This document shows, in pieces, positions 26,501-38,988 of a stretch of DNA of 64,000 bases (positions are counted from its first letter, which is position 1; each line of letters opens with the position of its first letter). Below the pieces are notes generated by a model. The model was not told the DNA's origin, did no database searches, and saw only the letters and a list, made by a program, of their open reading frames with translations. Made by a program: the position numbers and the translations under genes. Where the stretch lies: assembly GCA_048128005.1 (NCBI GenBank), contig JBEUKZ010000031.1:186001-250000 (forward strand), written 5' to 3'. The DNA comes from Veleropilina oligotropha (Eukaryota).

Positions 26501-27756
26501 TCTTCTTGGTGCCAGCTGTCATCCAGGATTTATCCTTGCAAGAAGTCATAAAAAACTTGGAAGAATTTGCAGAACAGTACAAAGATGACTTGCCGAGTCC
26601 ACAAAACATTTCTGCTGAATTACACTGTTGGGTGCGGCGGTGGAAAGATGCTGACAAACATGATGATCTCCCTCAAGATGCGGTCTCCACACTAAAGGCA
26701 GCGGACGCTAGCTTCTTTCCAAACGTGCATGTTATTATGCGTCTTTTGTGCACGTTTGCTGTCAGCAGTGCCGAATGCGAACGTAGCTTCAGCAGTCTCA
26801 AGAGACTCAAGACATATATGCGAAGCACGATGGTCGAAGATCGACTAAATGGATTGGCACAAATGCACGTACACTATAACAAAAACGTGGATATAGACAC
26901 AATCATAAACAACTTTGCCAGAAATCATCCACGTAGAATGTCGCTGGCAAATATACTCAGTGATTAATTTATAGTAACTGGCGATTATGTCAGACTCAGA
27001 ATATTGTGAACTATCTTTGGAATAATAATTGTAAATTGCAAATAAAAATAACAGTAAATTGTCATTTGTCTTTATGAGAATACATTGCCCATAATCGAAT
27101 GCATGGACATCTAGCTGTTGTAACAAACTTGTGAAGTCTGTGAAATTTGTGCGTAGAGCATGCAAAAATAATCAATCATGATAGGCCTAATAATACAAAA
27201 AAACTTACTTTAATGCACAAGAATACATAAGGCCTGGCATTGAATGTACCAAATGCATCAACTTGGCAGGGAGATTGTGAGGCTAAAATTTATCTCACAA
27301 ATGTCACCACAGCTCATAAAATGCAATTCTAATTTTAAAAATCCTCTATCGTATATATCGTAGATACCCCCGTTCCGAAACAATCCCCCAGAGATGCCTT
27401 CGGCGTCGCGAGCAGCAAACGCACATTTTTCCAGAGGCGTCTGAGGTGGGGCGGCAGGGGCGGCGGCCGCTGCCCCAATATTTCTGCCAGAAACGAAAAC
27501 ATTTTTTTTTAATTTTCTGCTCTCCAAACTATAAATTTTGAGGCCAATAAAAATGTCAATTTTTGTCCTAGAATGCAGGAGAACGCTTCTCAGAGCGTCT
27601 AAATGAAAAAAATCTTGGGGGGCATGCCCCCAAACCCCCCTAGGTATTCGCGGCCTACGGCCGCTCAATCTTCGCGGCCTACGGTCGCTCACGTACCTGG
27701 CTCCATCATAAATAATTTATTGGCCCCCCCCTAAAATTTTCCTGGATCCGCCCCAG
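23553..27756 (+). mobile_element. hAT-superfamily DNA transposon, full length, inactive
   Basis: TIRs ctgggccggatccagg / cctggatccgccccag, flanked by CATATG on both sides. GC-rich subterminal repeats. Internal transposase remnant. Confidence 0.88.
24112..26967 (+). pseudogene. hAT transposase of the THAP12/PRKRIR (DUF4371 + hATC dimerisation) type, disrupted
   Basis: Predicted exon 24112-24185 splices in frame (gt...ag) to 24484. TTF-type Zn-finger-like segment (WLxxYPGLVYS..GGICIYCALF), RQNIALRGHRD, ADEATD, GQTYDGAGNMAG, LCKTRWVARH, SSAECERSFSSLKRLKTYMRSTM. Frameshift near 25100, stop at 25897-25899, further breaks near 25928 and 26152. Confidence 0.88.
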
Positions 27757-28595
27757 CATATGTATATCCTACAGTCACACTTAACGTTTTTCCGACGCTC
27801 TAATTAGTTGATCGATGAGGATGATGATGACTGGTATGAGTAATTATTATCAGACATTGAAATGTGAACTACAAGGGCTAAAGTTTAGTAGACCTACCAT
27901 ATCTACTTCTAGCATTGTATTAAATCCTAAATTTTACGTTATGGTGATGTCATGACAACTGTTATGAAAAAGCATGACATTACAAATTGTGATTGCTCTC
28001 ATGCGAACAGCTGGATATTAATACACATAGACACTAAGATTATCTGTAGGTGTTGTTTAGTTACAAAGACATTACATATTTCCATCATGGCGTTGCCATA
28101 GTAACGACGCTGATATGGCATGATCATGACCTTTTTAAAATGACCTCTATCTCAATTGATTTCAATTATCTGGGCAGCTTCAAATATATACCTAGACACT
28201 TAGATTGGTTTTTATGCAGTTTATCACCAAAATACGACCATTTTCCCAACATATATCGAGTATTTCAACATGTCGTTCCCATGGCAACGGCCCTGATTAG
28301 GCATAACGTGACATCAAATGACCCATATCATGATTGCAATCGACTGGGCATCTTCAAATATTTTTCCTAGGGTCTTGGCTAACAGAAAAGCATCCTGACT
28401 GGGGTGGGGTGGGGGTGTTAGTCTATAGTGGACCACACTCCAATAGGTTATATCAATTTTATGGTTTTGAAGCATTCTGTGATTGAAAATGTGGTTCAGA
28501 AAAGTGATTCATTATGTTTTATAGAGTATGGGCTCACAGTGATTTAGGGTGCATTTGCTATTATACTCATTGCCAACAGTCACCGTTACGTTTAA

Positions 28596-29403
28596 CCCTT
28601 TGGACCCTCATGAACTGAAACTTTCTTGCGCCAGACCATGACTTCTTGGAGTTATATACAGCAATAGTATTTGATGAGTTATCCTTTTGTAATAGCAAGG
28701 AAAGGATACATGCTTAATGTTATGTATATTTACAACCATCAGGTTGAAAGCAGGACATATATGTCCATATTATCCCGGGAGGAAAACCCGGTGACCGGTG
28801 AAACCCTCCTTCAGAATCGGACTAGTGTGATTCATATTCTTTTGTATAATACATGGATATATATTTATTAATTACCTCTTTGGCATGTCTTTCAAATGTC
28901 GATACTAAAACCTTTCTTGTTACATTGTTAGGCTGGCTCCAGGTATATTTCTACGCTATAACCATATTGCACACTATAGGTTCATATAGTGTCATTTGTC
29001 TCATACTTCGATGGACGACGATATGCGAATCCAGACGAAATATGTTTATTTAACCATCTTCCGTAAGATTGCCAACCTCCTCCATTGCATTATACCTCGG
29101 TACTTTTATATGCCAGATACCTAAGTTTACATCAGGCCGCCATTTGTTATATTGTTGACTCCATTTTCAAAATAAAAAGGCATTCATTAACAATAATCTA
29201 AGCAATGAAATAATCTGATTTTCAAATGTACTTGGTTGACTTCTAACATAGAATTAATGTCATTGTTGAAGTTTCTGACATAAATATCACGCACCACAGC
29301 TCTGTATGTAGTCACACGTGTATACCCCGATATATCGAGGTTACGGGATATATATAGGCATTTAAGAATTACCCCGATATATTGGGATAACGGGTCCATA
29401 GGG
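28596..29403. mobile_element. piggyBac-type MITE containing a SINE fragment (~28700-28840, minus)
   Basis: TTAA|ccctttggaccc ... gggtccataggg|TTAA. Subterminal cccgatatat repeats near the right end. Confidence 0.6.
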
Positions 29404-30497
29404 TTAATTTTCCAAGCTGACATAAATGAAGTTTCAAAATTGCTAGGACAACCTTTTTTTTTAAATTCCTAAACGAATTATTTTATTAAATTGTTTGTTT
29501 TAACACCCGTTTTAGCAATTATTCGGTCACAAGACAATCAGAATTACGTGTTTAAATTTACATCATATAATAATAATTGGAGATTTACATCGCGCTGTAT
29601 CCATATATTATGCTCGCACGCTCCCCCCCCCCCCCCCTATATTTCACACAGTTAATTGTCAAAATTTCCTCCTCCCACGCGGAGAGTTGATATAATATAA
29701 TAGATTTGGATCCGTCTTTGGAATATCCTGGACCCGCACATACAATTAAGGCGTATAAATACCCATAAAACACTTTGTAAAATGCAGAATATGACATCGG
29801 TGCTTTCTATTCATCCTATACTAGCAACTGGTGAACAGGCTTGACATCCCTGAAATGGGAATGAGTATATCGCAAGCTTTAAATTACTGCAATATTAGTA
29901 TATTAAGTTCACAGAAACACATCATGAACGTGTGTTTAAAAGTCGTTTTTCAACATTTCAGATATTTATAACTGTTTCTGGGAAACAGTCGTCACGGATT
30001 GCACTTGACGTTTGTTTCACGCAAACATTATGGCGATTGACTCATTACCACACAGGTTGCCTAGCTCTCAATTGAACGACTTCCGATGACTTGCTATATG
30101 TGGCTATATTGTGCATTTGGCGCCGTTATAGATAATTGTACTCCTTGGCAACATGTTCCTGATAATAATCGAGTGAGTTGTGCACATAGGCTTAGAACAT
30201 GTGCAATTTGTTCATTAATCGTACGCATTGGGTCCGTTTTATCTATGTACATGTACTTTGGTGTAGGAACGAGAAAATATTAATCTTGCGAATTTGATGA
30301 TGAGCATTGGTATGTGGTGACATTCAGTCCGTACGTATAATCGGTATACCAAATAATACATATTATGCAAAAGAAAGGAAATAATATGCGATGACAACGC
30401 AAAATTAGAGAGGCGTGTGTGAATAAAATATCCTATTATTTGAACACGTGAATAGAATATTTCAATCCCGTCTTCTCTGGTGAGCAATATATGTAAC

Positions 30498-30751
30498 GAT
30501 AGCGTTGTCAGTTAAATTCAAAAGTGCATTCACTAATTGCGAACTCTCATTACTGCGGTTTCGTCCATATGCATCAACCACAATTCGCAGCTATATATAT
30601 AGGGACCTTTCTAAAACCACTTTCCTTCAAATCGAAACCATTGAGGCTGAAAACCGATGCTAATGCATGGTCGTCTTTACATTATGTCAAAATGCTTTCA
30701 ACAGAAATGTAGTTAGCGAATGCACTTTTGAATTTAACTGACAACGCTATC
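30498..30751. mobile_element. MITE with 34-bp perfect terminal inverted repeats
   Basis: gatagcgttgtcagttaaattcaaaagtgcattc ... gaatgcacttttgaatttaactgacaacgctatc. Superfamily uncertain. Confidence 0.75.
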
Positions 30752-31469
30752 TAGACAGGTTTATCCTTTTGTCCAATCCGGTTGTTATTTCAATAAAATA
30801 TTGTTTAAACTAACTAACATAAATGTATTGAACTATTTTTAGTCTTGCATGATGTGCCTCATCCATATATACTTATATCCATATCCTTTTTACGTATGCT
30901 AGTATATATAGTCTTTGAAATAACATCATGCCATTAAAATAATAAAGATAAATGGAGATACTACGTCATTTTAACGGTAATATTGGTGCATGTTTATAGG
31001 ATGCCGTATTTCATAATTAAGTTGTATAAGCTAAAACATTACACATAATCTCTGCTCTAATAATATCACAAAGTAACGTTGTGTTCGACCTTTTAAACAT
31101 CCATGCACCGGCCTGCTGTATCTGTATCATCAACCTATCAAACATTTCATTTCAAAGATGATCGACCCATTGTCCGAAGGAGTAGTTAAAAGGGTTCATC
31201 GTCATTTTGTCACTTGTCTGCAAGAGATTAACAGATTGACTGCCTCTACAACCTCGATAAGATGACTTGCCAATTCATTCGTCCTCATTGCGTTATTTCG
31301 CAAGTGAAGGTTCGAGACCGAATGACATTACGGAGTCGGCAGTCACGATGATCCACAAGCCACGATTTGTGTAAACGCTTGTAAAGGATAAGAGCGCGGC
31401 TTCGAATTCACTCTAACTAACAGGATTGGCTTCGGGGAAGCCATTTCCCCGACGGGTACCTTGTTCAAT

Positions 31470-31638
31470 GAAAGGAAAGGATCGACGCTTTATGTCCTGT
31501 ATGTTTACAACCATAATGTTCAAAGCAGGACATGTCCATATTATCGCTGGAGGAAAGCCCGGCATCCGAACAGTTACGGACAACTGTGATTCATAACCGA
31601 ACAAATCAGTAATGTAATACCCCATCCGAGATTCGAAC
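31470..31638 (-). mobile_element. tRNA-derived SINE, partial copy
   Basis: atgtcctgtat...ttcaaagcaggacatgtcc...ggacaactgtgattcataac matches the family. Another diverged piece lies at ~32218-32380. Confidence 0.7.
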
Positions 31639-33074
31639 GGCGCAAATGATATTATAGTTTGGACTCGATCTTCTCTTCGTTGTTCGATTGGGGGCCAATT
31701 TGGTTAATTGATCATGTTGGAAGCACCGGCCTCTCTGTTGTTATAGTTGCACACGTAAGGGCTTATCCGGTTGATATCCTTTATATCACAGCGTTATGTG
31801 ATAGCGCTGTGAGCGTGCATTCGTGAGCGGATCCGGCGCAATATAAATGTTCGCTATTATTATTACTATTATCAGCGTCGATGGGTTTGATGTTGTCTTT
31901 TGTGAAGGGGTCGAAGAAAGAAGATGCATTTTCAATCTGTGGTTTTCTGAGTTAGCTATTCGATAGGCATGGGGCATTTGCTGAGGTTACGATGTAAATA
32001 CTCCAAACGTTCGTTTTCCGGTGTTAATATATGCATGTTATATTTGATCACTCGATAACTTGATCTATAGAGTTGGTTGCGACGCATTTTCAGCTAATAC
32101 GACACTGCGCTGTACTCACATTCTGTCACTTTCCTTGCATGTGTGGTAGAAAACTTAGTTTTAATTGAACTGGAGAAACATTTTGTTCTCCTATGATATA
32201 ACACTGATTGGTAAGGTTTGGATCGACGCTTATATGTCCTGTTTTAACATCAGTCAAGTTCATGTCAGGACATGTATATGTTATCGCGTGGTGAAAGCCG
32301 GTCAGCCAGGCAATCCTGTCACTAATAAACAACTGAGACTGTTAACTGAACACAGAGTTCCCCATATATGAATCGAACTCACCTCAAGTAGACTGAGCAG
32401 TCAAACGGGTGAGCCCATGCGCGGTCAAATAACACAAATATCACAAAGATATGGACTAAACACGGATGAAATGATGTGATACTTTGTCTTTGCATAACTT
32501 ATTGTTAAAGTGAATACCTGTGTATTTATGGAGAACAACATTGTTGTATGGTGGGGTGAAGATTTGGAAATCTATTTACAAGTTGAAACATAACTTATAT
32601 AACGAAGAACCATGACCCGAATCCTCAGAACCGCGTGGTGCTTATCCGCCATTTATTTAAATTTTCAAAAGACATTTCAGTTTATCTATGCTGATGGCTA
32701 TTAGTTCTTAGCTAAATTAACCCCAACATTTTAATCATATGTTTTCGATATAAATCGGAATAAAAGACATAGCATCTGTATCCGTGGCAAAACGAAATAT
32801 TTAATTTACATGACATGGTCTACGACGCTTCCATTTTTTCATGCAGCAGGTCCCGTAATAATCGATGATGAATGGGAAAACGTTAGTAAGTTAATATTAA
32901 ATTGGTCGTTCAATAAACAGTACCAGATAATTATTCACGCGTTTATGAAATTATACCCGTGGAGTTTACTTTTTTAGTGAAATGATGTCATTTTGTATTC
33001 AGAAACAAGCCATTCATATGTACATACCTACATAGAAAAAAAATAAGCAAAAATTTGCATGTCATACATATAGT

Positions 33075-34820
33075 ATACTACACTGGTTGTCGATAGATAC
33101 CATTTTTACGTGACGAGTATATGTCTGACGGTATCTAAACGAGCGAAAGCGAGTTTAGATACCGTCAGACATATACGAGTCACGTAAAAATGGTATCTAT
33201 CGACAACCAGTGTAGTATTTTATTTATTACTCACGATATTTATGTTGAAATACTTGTTTTATTATCGTATTTCTGCATATAAATCCGAACATTTTCGCCA
33301 ACAACAATTGCGCACGAATTGCCTCTTCACAGATGTGATAAAATCCTTGCGCATTAATATAGGTCGTTCTTATAGCCTAACAACGTTAAAATTAATAATA
33401 ACAAAACGTCTTGTAACAATCAATAAGATATTTAATTAAATATTTGTAAATGGCTATTATTATTTTTATTTATATACAGAGATTTCAAAATAGCGTCAAA
33501 TTTCCATATTACATCACGTGTTCCTATCGTCACTGATCATTGTTTTGTCTGGGCTCGATGCTCCGTTGATGTTGAAAATATAGATTGTGAATTTGTAGTC
33601 GCTGTTAAATTTATGGAGCTGGACTGTGAATTGGAAGTTGTCGAGACATTTATCGATATTATATAGTAACAGTGAACTGCGCTGATCGTCAAACGGTAAC
33701 AGACGAACGATAAGGAGCGTTACATGCCCCTGTGGTTTTGAGCAGGCGTGACTTTCGAATTTGTTGCCAGATAAAACGGTGTTTCGGCAGAACGAAAATC
33801 TACCGGCCTTAATGTGGCATACAGCTTATAAATGGATACCGGACATCGTTCGTCGCCCGTTTCCCAAGCACGAGGAGGAACATCACGGACATTACTGGTA
33901 TCACCACCTGTGCGTGTTTTCGTTTGGCGCTCGTTATATTCGAGGAATTCTCTCCCGTCGCTGTCTACCTTTAACGAAACATCGCCCCATTTCATCATAT
34001 GGTGTGGTTTAACACTTCGAAGGCCAAAGTGACGGGTGTTATTCCACCACAGAGTATTTAGGATGGATTCGGGGTTGTTGCAACCCATTTCATTGCTGTT
34101 ATACAATTTCTGGATTTCGTCACAAGATAAACTTTTAGCCCTATTTGGTAAGTTTCCGAACCCTTGACTTTTAAGTGCTTTTTGTTTTGATGACAAAACA
34201 TCCCGAAGCCGTGAAAACTCTCTATCCCGCAGTAATGACTTTTCGTACCCTCTGTGTTTTAAAAACCGATCAAAACTTGATATCTTTGATGTTAGTGAAG
34301 AGGGTTCATATTCTTGACCATTTGCTTTCTTTATTGACATGAAATAATTACATAGGATGTCGCACAGTTCATTTGGCGATATAGTTTCTACTGGTCTGTT
34401 GTCGCCTTTTAGTATCATGAATTTGGCCAAAATATTAGAATCGTACTGTGTCTTTCGCAATGTATTTTGATTTCTGTTTTCTTGAATAAAGCTGTTAATG
34501 TTCGAACGGTCGTACTTATTATTTGTAAATACTATTTTATTGTATGTTTACTTTTATTTATGTTACCAATGTTTGTAGTTATTTTAATTATACTTTCGTT
34601 GCTTTATAAGATCTGTTCCGACGACAGTCGTGAGACATTTGTTTGATAGTAAAAGTTGTAACATTTATCAATGAAAAAAGTAGTCCCGTGACCTTACATC
34701 AGCAGATTGCTATTGTCCAATCAAAATTGAGAGTTGGAGGTCAATTGTTTATCCAACACCCGTAAGATACGAGATTTTTATGAGATGGCGATATCTTCAA
34801 CACCCGAGTAATAAATACTA
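33075..34820 (-). mobile_element. Crypton-type tyrosine-recombinase DNA transposon (internally deleted copy)
   Basis: Terminal 144-nt hairpin (33075-33218), 12-bp inverted repeat tatttattactc (33221-33232) / gagtaataaata (34806-34817), ATACTA direct repeat at 33075 and 34815, enclosing a YR ORF. Confidence 0.8.
33720..34505 (-). pseudogene. Crypton/DUF3504 (ZMYM/KCTD1/QRICH1-related) tyrosine recombinase, C-terminally truncated
   Basis: FIQENRNQNTLRKT, KKANGQEYEPSSL, FGLRS (first catalytic Arg), ERQTKTRTG (Lys), RCPVSIYKLY, TPFYL. No HxxR, second His or catalytic Tyr segment was found downstream. Confidence 0.85.
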
Positions 34821-34854
34821 GTATATCACACTCCTGTCATTTTAACATCACTTC

Positions 34855-35004
34855 CGGGGAAACCCGCCCTTTCCGGTCAGTTACGGACAATTGATAACTG
34901 AACAAAGAATGTCAATGCCCTAGCCGAGATTCAGGTTTGTCAGCGCAATCGATCTAGTGATTTCAGAGTCTGCATTTGATACCACACGATTACCGTGGCG
35001 GCCT
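34855..35004 (-). mobile_element. tRNA-derived SINE, partial copy
   Basis: ggggaaacccgccc...ggacaa...gtgatttcagagtctgca...gcggcc matches the minus-strand consensus. Confidence 0.7.
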
Positions 35005-36555
35005 CTTTATTATGGAATACTCTATACATGCATGTTATTCACAAATTATGATATTAAAGAAATTACGAACTGCATGATGTCTGGGTTTTTTTTCTAGAAT
35101 ATCCAATATATATATATGTCGCAACAACCGTTTTAGAATGAAATTTAGTAGAAAATATCAAATATGGGTGTGCGTTATGCTAGCATTTCATGAGACATCA
35201 ATGTTTAAAATGATCTTCATTCGTAATGATGAGGTTAGGTAATTTGAAACGAAGCTGTAGGGGATTCGTCTCACACGACATTTGCCACCTGCGATCGCCA
35301 CATGAATCGAGTCCTAGACAAGCAACAACGATAGATGTCGCGGATTATCGATTTCAGATTCATTTCTGCGTCTGCACGTTGCTACATCCGCACACAAGGA
35401 GAAGCATTAGTGGGTTCACTCGGTGTCTCTTGACGATATATTACGACTATGCGGGATTCCTTTGCAATACTCATAAATGAACCACAATTTAATTACGTAT
35501 TTTGTTTATATGTATACAGTTAACAACAAATGTATCCACGTACGTAAAAGCAGAGAAGTAGTGTTTACAAAATAATAACGAAAGTGATAAGCAAAGAACT
35601 TCCACATGAGAAGCATCACTATATAGCATTATTATAATTGCTGCAATTAGACACACCATTCACAATTAATATAGGACTATAGTTTGCCAACGCGAATGAT
35701 GTCCTGATAAAATTTAATATTAAAAGCAAAATATTTTTCAAACGATACAGTGCCATGGAGTTGTTGTAGTTTCATTTCATTTCGTACTTGGAATTTTGAG
35801 ATAGGCCTAATCCCTACTAAAGCCGCTAATATCATGCCAGAGTTCTGTGTTTGTTGGACAAATCAATTGAATTACGGATTACTATAGATTAAATGTTAGT
35901 CTGTGGAAGCCATATTTATAGAATCTGCCTTCAGAGCACTCTGAAAATCGAACTAGGCCCAGCCTATCTAAGTATTTACTCATTTGGATTTTCATGAAGC
36001 TCAATGACACAAATTCGATATTTAACGTTACCCTGGGCCGGCGAGTTTGATACGTACGATTATACTGTGAGCTTTTAAAATATCACACGAGAAAAAGTCG
36101 TGTGTGATATTGTCATAGACACAGGATATCAAATGAGAATCCGCAGGGTAACATTTGTTTTCATTTTTTTTTTTAAATATATAATTGTATATGCCTGTCA
36201 ATAATGAACAATGACTAAGCAATGAATATCGTAATGTTAAATTGTACCTTACGGGTTATTCTAAGCGCAAAATATCCTGGATTGAATCTCCAAGAAATTC
36301 TTGAAACGCTTTATTATCTCCCGCAATAGCGAATGACGTCTAGCAGACGACGTGTAGTTTGATACGAAAACGTCGAGTTTGACATGAGTATTTGTCAAAC
36401 TCCACGTGACGTCATTTTCACCAATCAGACGTCGCGGATTTCGTGAAATGAAAATAATTAACGTTTCTACCTCCTGCTTCGGGCCGTTCCTGATAATGCA
36501 GATTTGTTGTACAACTTTATTGTAACACAATACAGCAACTCGCTCATATGATACT

Positions 36556-36768
36556 TGGCGGAGCCAGTGACCGAGTGGCCTTAAGCGTCGCCCAATTTCA
36601 CTCGTACGTTGTCTTCGGATCGGAAACTTTGTAGAGTTAACAGTCACAGCGGCTGATAACTGGCCAAGACGAACGGGATTTCCTGGGTTAACTGCAACGC
36701 CAATATGGACAATTCCTGGTAAAACCCCAATTACCGACAAATGTGACATTAAACACCGATTCAATCAA
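36556..36768 (+). mobile_element. Second tRNA-derived SINE-like element with Nimb/I-type tail
   Basis: A-box-like gccagtgaccgagtggccttaagcgtc. Tail gacattaaacaccgattcaatcaa resembles the 3' end of the Nimb element at ~48657. Confidence 0.45.
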
Positions 36769-36889
36769 AAATTGGATGTTTGTTGCTACAAAATATAAAG
36801 CAGAAGGTTGTAATAAACGGGGTTAAGCCAACGTGAGAGAAGGCGTTAAGTTGGTATCTCAAAGTTCAATTTGGGGTACATTGATGGTT

Positions 36890-37375
36890 TTCACATATAA
36901 ATGACATTGTTAATGTTATTACATCACTAGTTAAAAATTTCGCAGACAATGCAAAATTGTACAGAATTATTGACACCGTAGAAGATGCAAAGAAACTTCA
37001 AACTCATATTATTAATCTGATAAATGCATACGGGTAAAAACAACAAAATCTTTAATTACACAAGGACTCAGAAAACTGACAATAGAACAGGATATCGGTG
37101 TATGGCTAGAAAAGACGTCTAAAGCATTCAAATCAATGTGTTACAGACCAAAATATTTTGAGAACGATAAAGCGAAACTTTAACCTTTAAATTCATAGCC
37201 ATCATAACACGCGCATACAAGCAAATTTTTATATCACATTTAGAATATGCATGACGTCTATGCCTTGAAAGACCTATAAAATTGATAGGTGAATTGAGAG
37301 AAATATAATAGACTTAAAGCACTTGACCTAACAACATTGTTTTGGAGAAGGTTTAGATGGGATATGATTCAGGTA
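36890..37375 (+). mobile_element. Degraded CR1 fragment related to the 17752-19190 copy
   Basis: Colinear similarity to ~18266-18860 (aaatttcgcagacaatgcaaaattgtacagaattattga..., gcacttgacctaacaacattgt..., gatatgattcaggta). Confidence 0.8.
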
Positions 37376-37379
37376 CTAT

Positions 37380-38315
37380 TCAGGTCGAATTACTACGGCT
37401 AATTTAGGCTATTTATATTTGGTGTTACATTTCTGTATTTGCAAATTTTGCTGAAGTTGACAATAATTAACGCGCAAATAACTCAATTGTTACTAAAGCG
37501 ATATACCTGAAATTTTCAGGAAAGATAGATTACGGTAACCTTGCTTAATGGTGTAAATTATATCACGGCGTTAGCAGTATTTAAAGAGCTGTCACAAATA
37601 TCGCAACGTCTCTACGATTTTAACTTCGGAACAAAAAGTATTGCTAGAAATTCGCCCGAACACACATAGTATATCGAGAAGAGTTGTAGATAATGTCTAA
37701 CTCTGTCACTTGTTATAATTTAAGGTGTCTGGAGTCAGTGGTCACCGATTTACGACCATTTGTTGCATTTTGAGTTGGTTGATTTATAAAATGCTTATAA
37801 AGTTCACATTTCACTTTATTTTCGAAATATTTTTGCTAATGTCAATATAATTTCATCAAGACTACGATTTGCATGACGAATTTACACAATTTAATTCCAT
37901 TTGGCGAAATTAGAAATTGACCCCTAATTTTTAAAGTTTACAATCCCCCTGGCGGCCATCTTGTGTGATGTAGATCCTACTTAATTCATCTTCATTGTCC
38001 CGTAACCTAAATAACATTTAGAGCCTAATTTGAAGTTTGTACGACGAAGTGTTTTAACGCTACAGACGAAAATCAGTAGACCGGATATTGCGTCATAAAA
38101 TCCGGACCCGGATGCCAATCGAGGCCATCTTCGAGGAGGACCGAGCCATGGAGACACCCTAGCTTGTGTAAAATTTCAAGTAAATCGGATCAATGGTTTT
38201 CGAGTTAGGCGAATGGACATACAAACATACATACATACATATAGACATGCATACATACATACATACGGAACCGATTGCAATACCCTCGCCTGTCCTCCGG
38301 AGGCGAGGGTAATAA
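37380..38315 (-). mobile_element. Helentron/HINE-like element
   Basis: (ACAT)n microsatellite next to the terminal stem accctcgcc...ggcgagggt. Far boundary approximate. Confidence 0.55.
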
Positions 38316-38679
38316 CAGTATCAAACATGAATAATGTTCGTATTACTAAGGTGAAGCGTCGTTTTCTAGAAGATAAACCACACACATTACATACGAATAT
38401 GCACAGATATTACAAGCGTATCTGCGATAGAAAAGAGCAAGGTGAATTTGAAACAAATGATAAATGGAAGTTTTACGACACAATTTTTAACTCGTATTCT
38501 TTTCAGGAATGACGAAAAGAAGTAGAAAAGGTCGAGGAATGTTCTTGAATTTGCAATAGCAATTCATCTTCTCCTAAATTAAAATTTCGTTCATAATATA
38601 TTTTAAGTTTGAACCATTTACCTGACAAATTTTATTTTTAATATATTAAAATATGAAGGGCATAACGTACATTTTAAAC

Positions 38680-38988
38680 AGCAATCCGAGATTGCAAACC
38701 TTCGCCCCTGTGGCAAGGAATACGATGGTGAAATCCAGAAATCTCTGCGACTATTAGTTAAATAACATTTTGAGTTTAATTTGAAGCTTGTACGGCGACG
38801 CGTTTTATCGCTATAGAGCCGAAAATCCGGAAATTGCGTCATATAATCCGGAGCCTCTTTCCGATTCGGATCATTTTTAAGGAAGACCGAGCTTATGGTG
38901 GATAATGGTTTTACCCGCGGACAGACAGACTGACAAACCGACCCAACTACAATACCATCTCCCACCACTGAGTGGGCGACGGTAATTA
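38680..38988 (-). mobile_element. Helentron/HINE-like end abutting the stop codon of the 790-aa gene
   Basis: Minus strand reads taattaccgtcgcccactcagtggtgggagatggta...(TGTC)n cgcg, the same stem-plus-microsatellite head seen in other HINEs here. Far boundary approximate. Confidence 0.55.

Noticed and set aside
24449..26967. Host THAP12/PRKRIR gene
   Set aside because: Bounded by TIRs and a target duplication, and broken by stops and frameshifts. It is a transposon copy.
33720..34460. Bacterial/phage integrase contamination, or a domesticated ZMYM/KCTD1 host gene
   Set aside because: Motifs match the animal Crypton/DUF3504 type. The ORF lies between transposon-like ends amid host SINEs, with no linked host exons.
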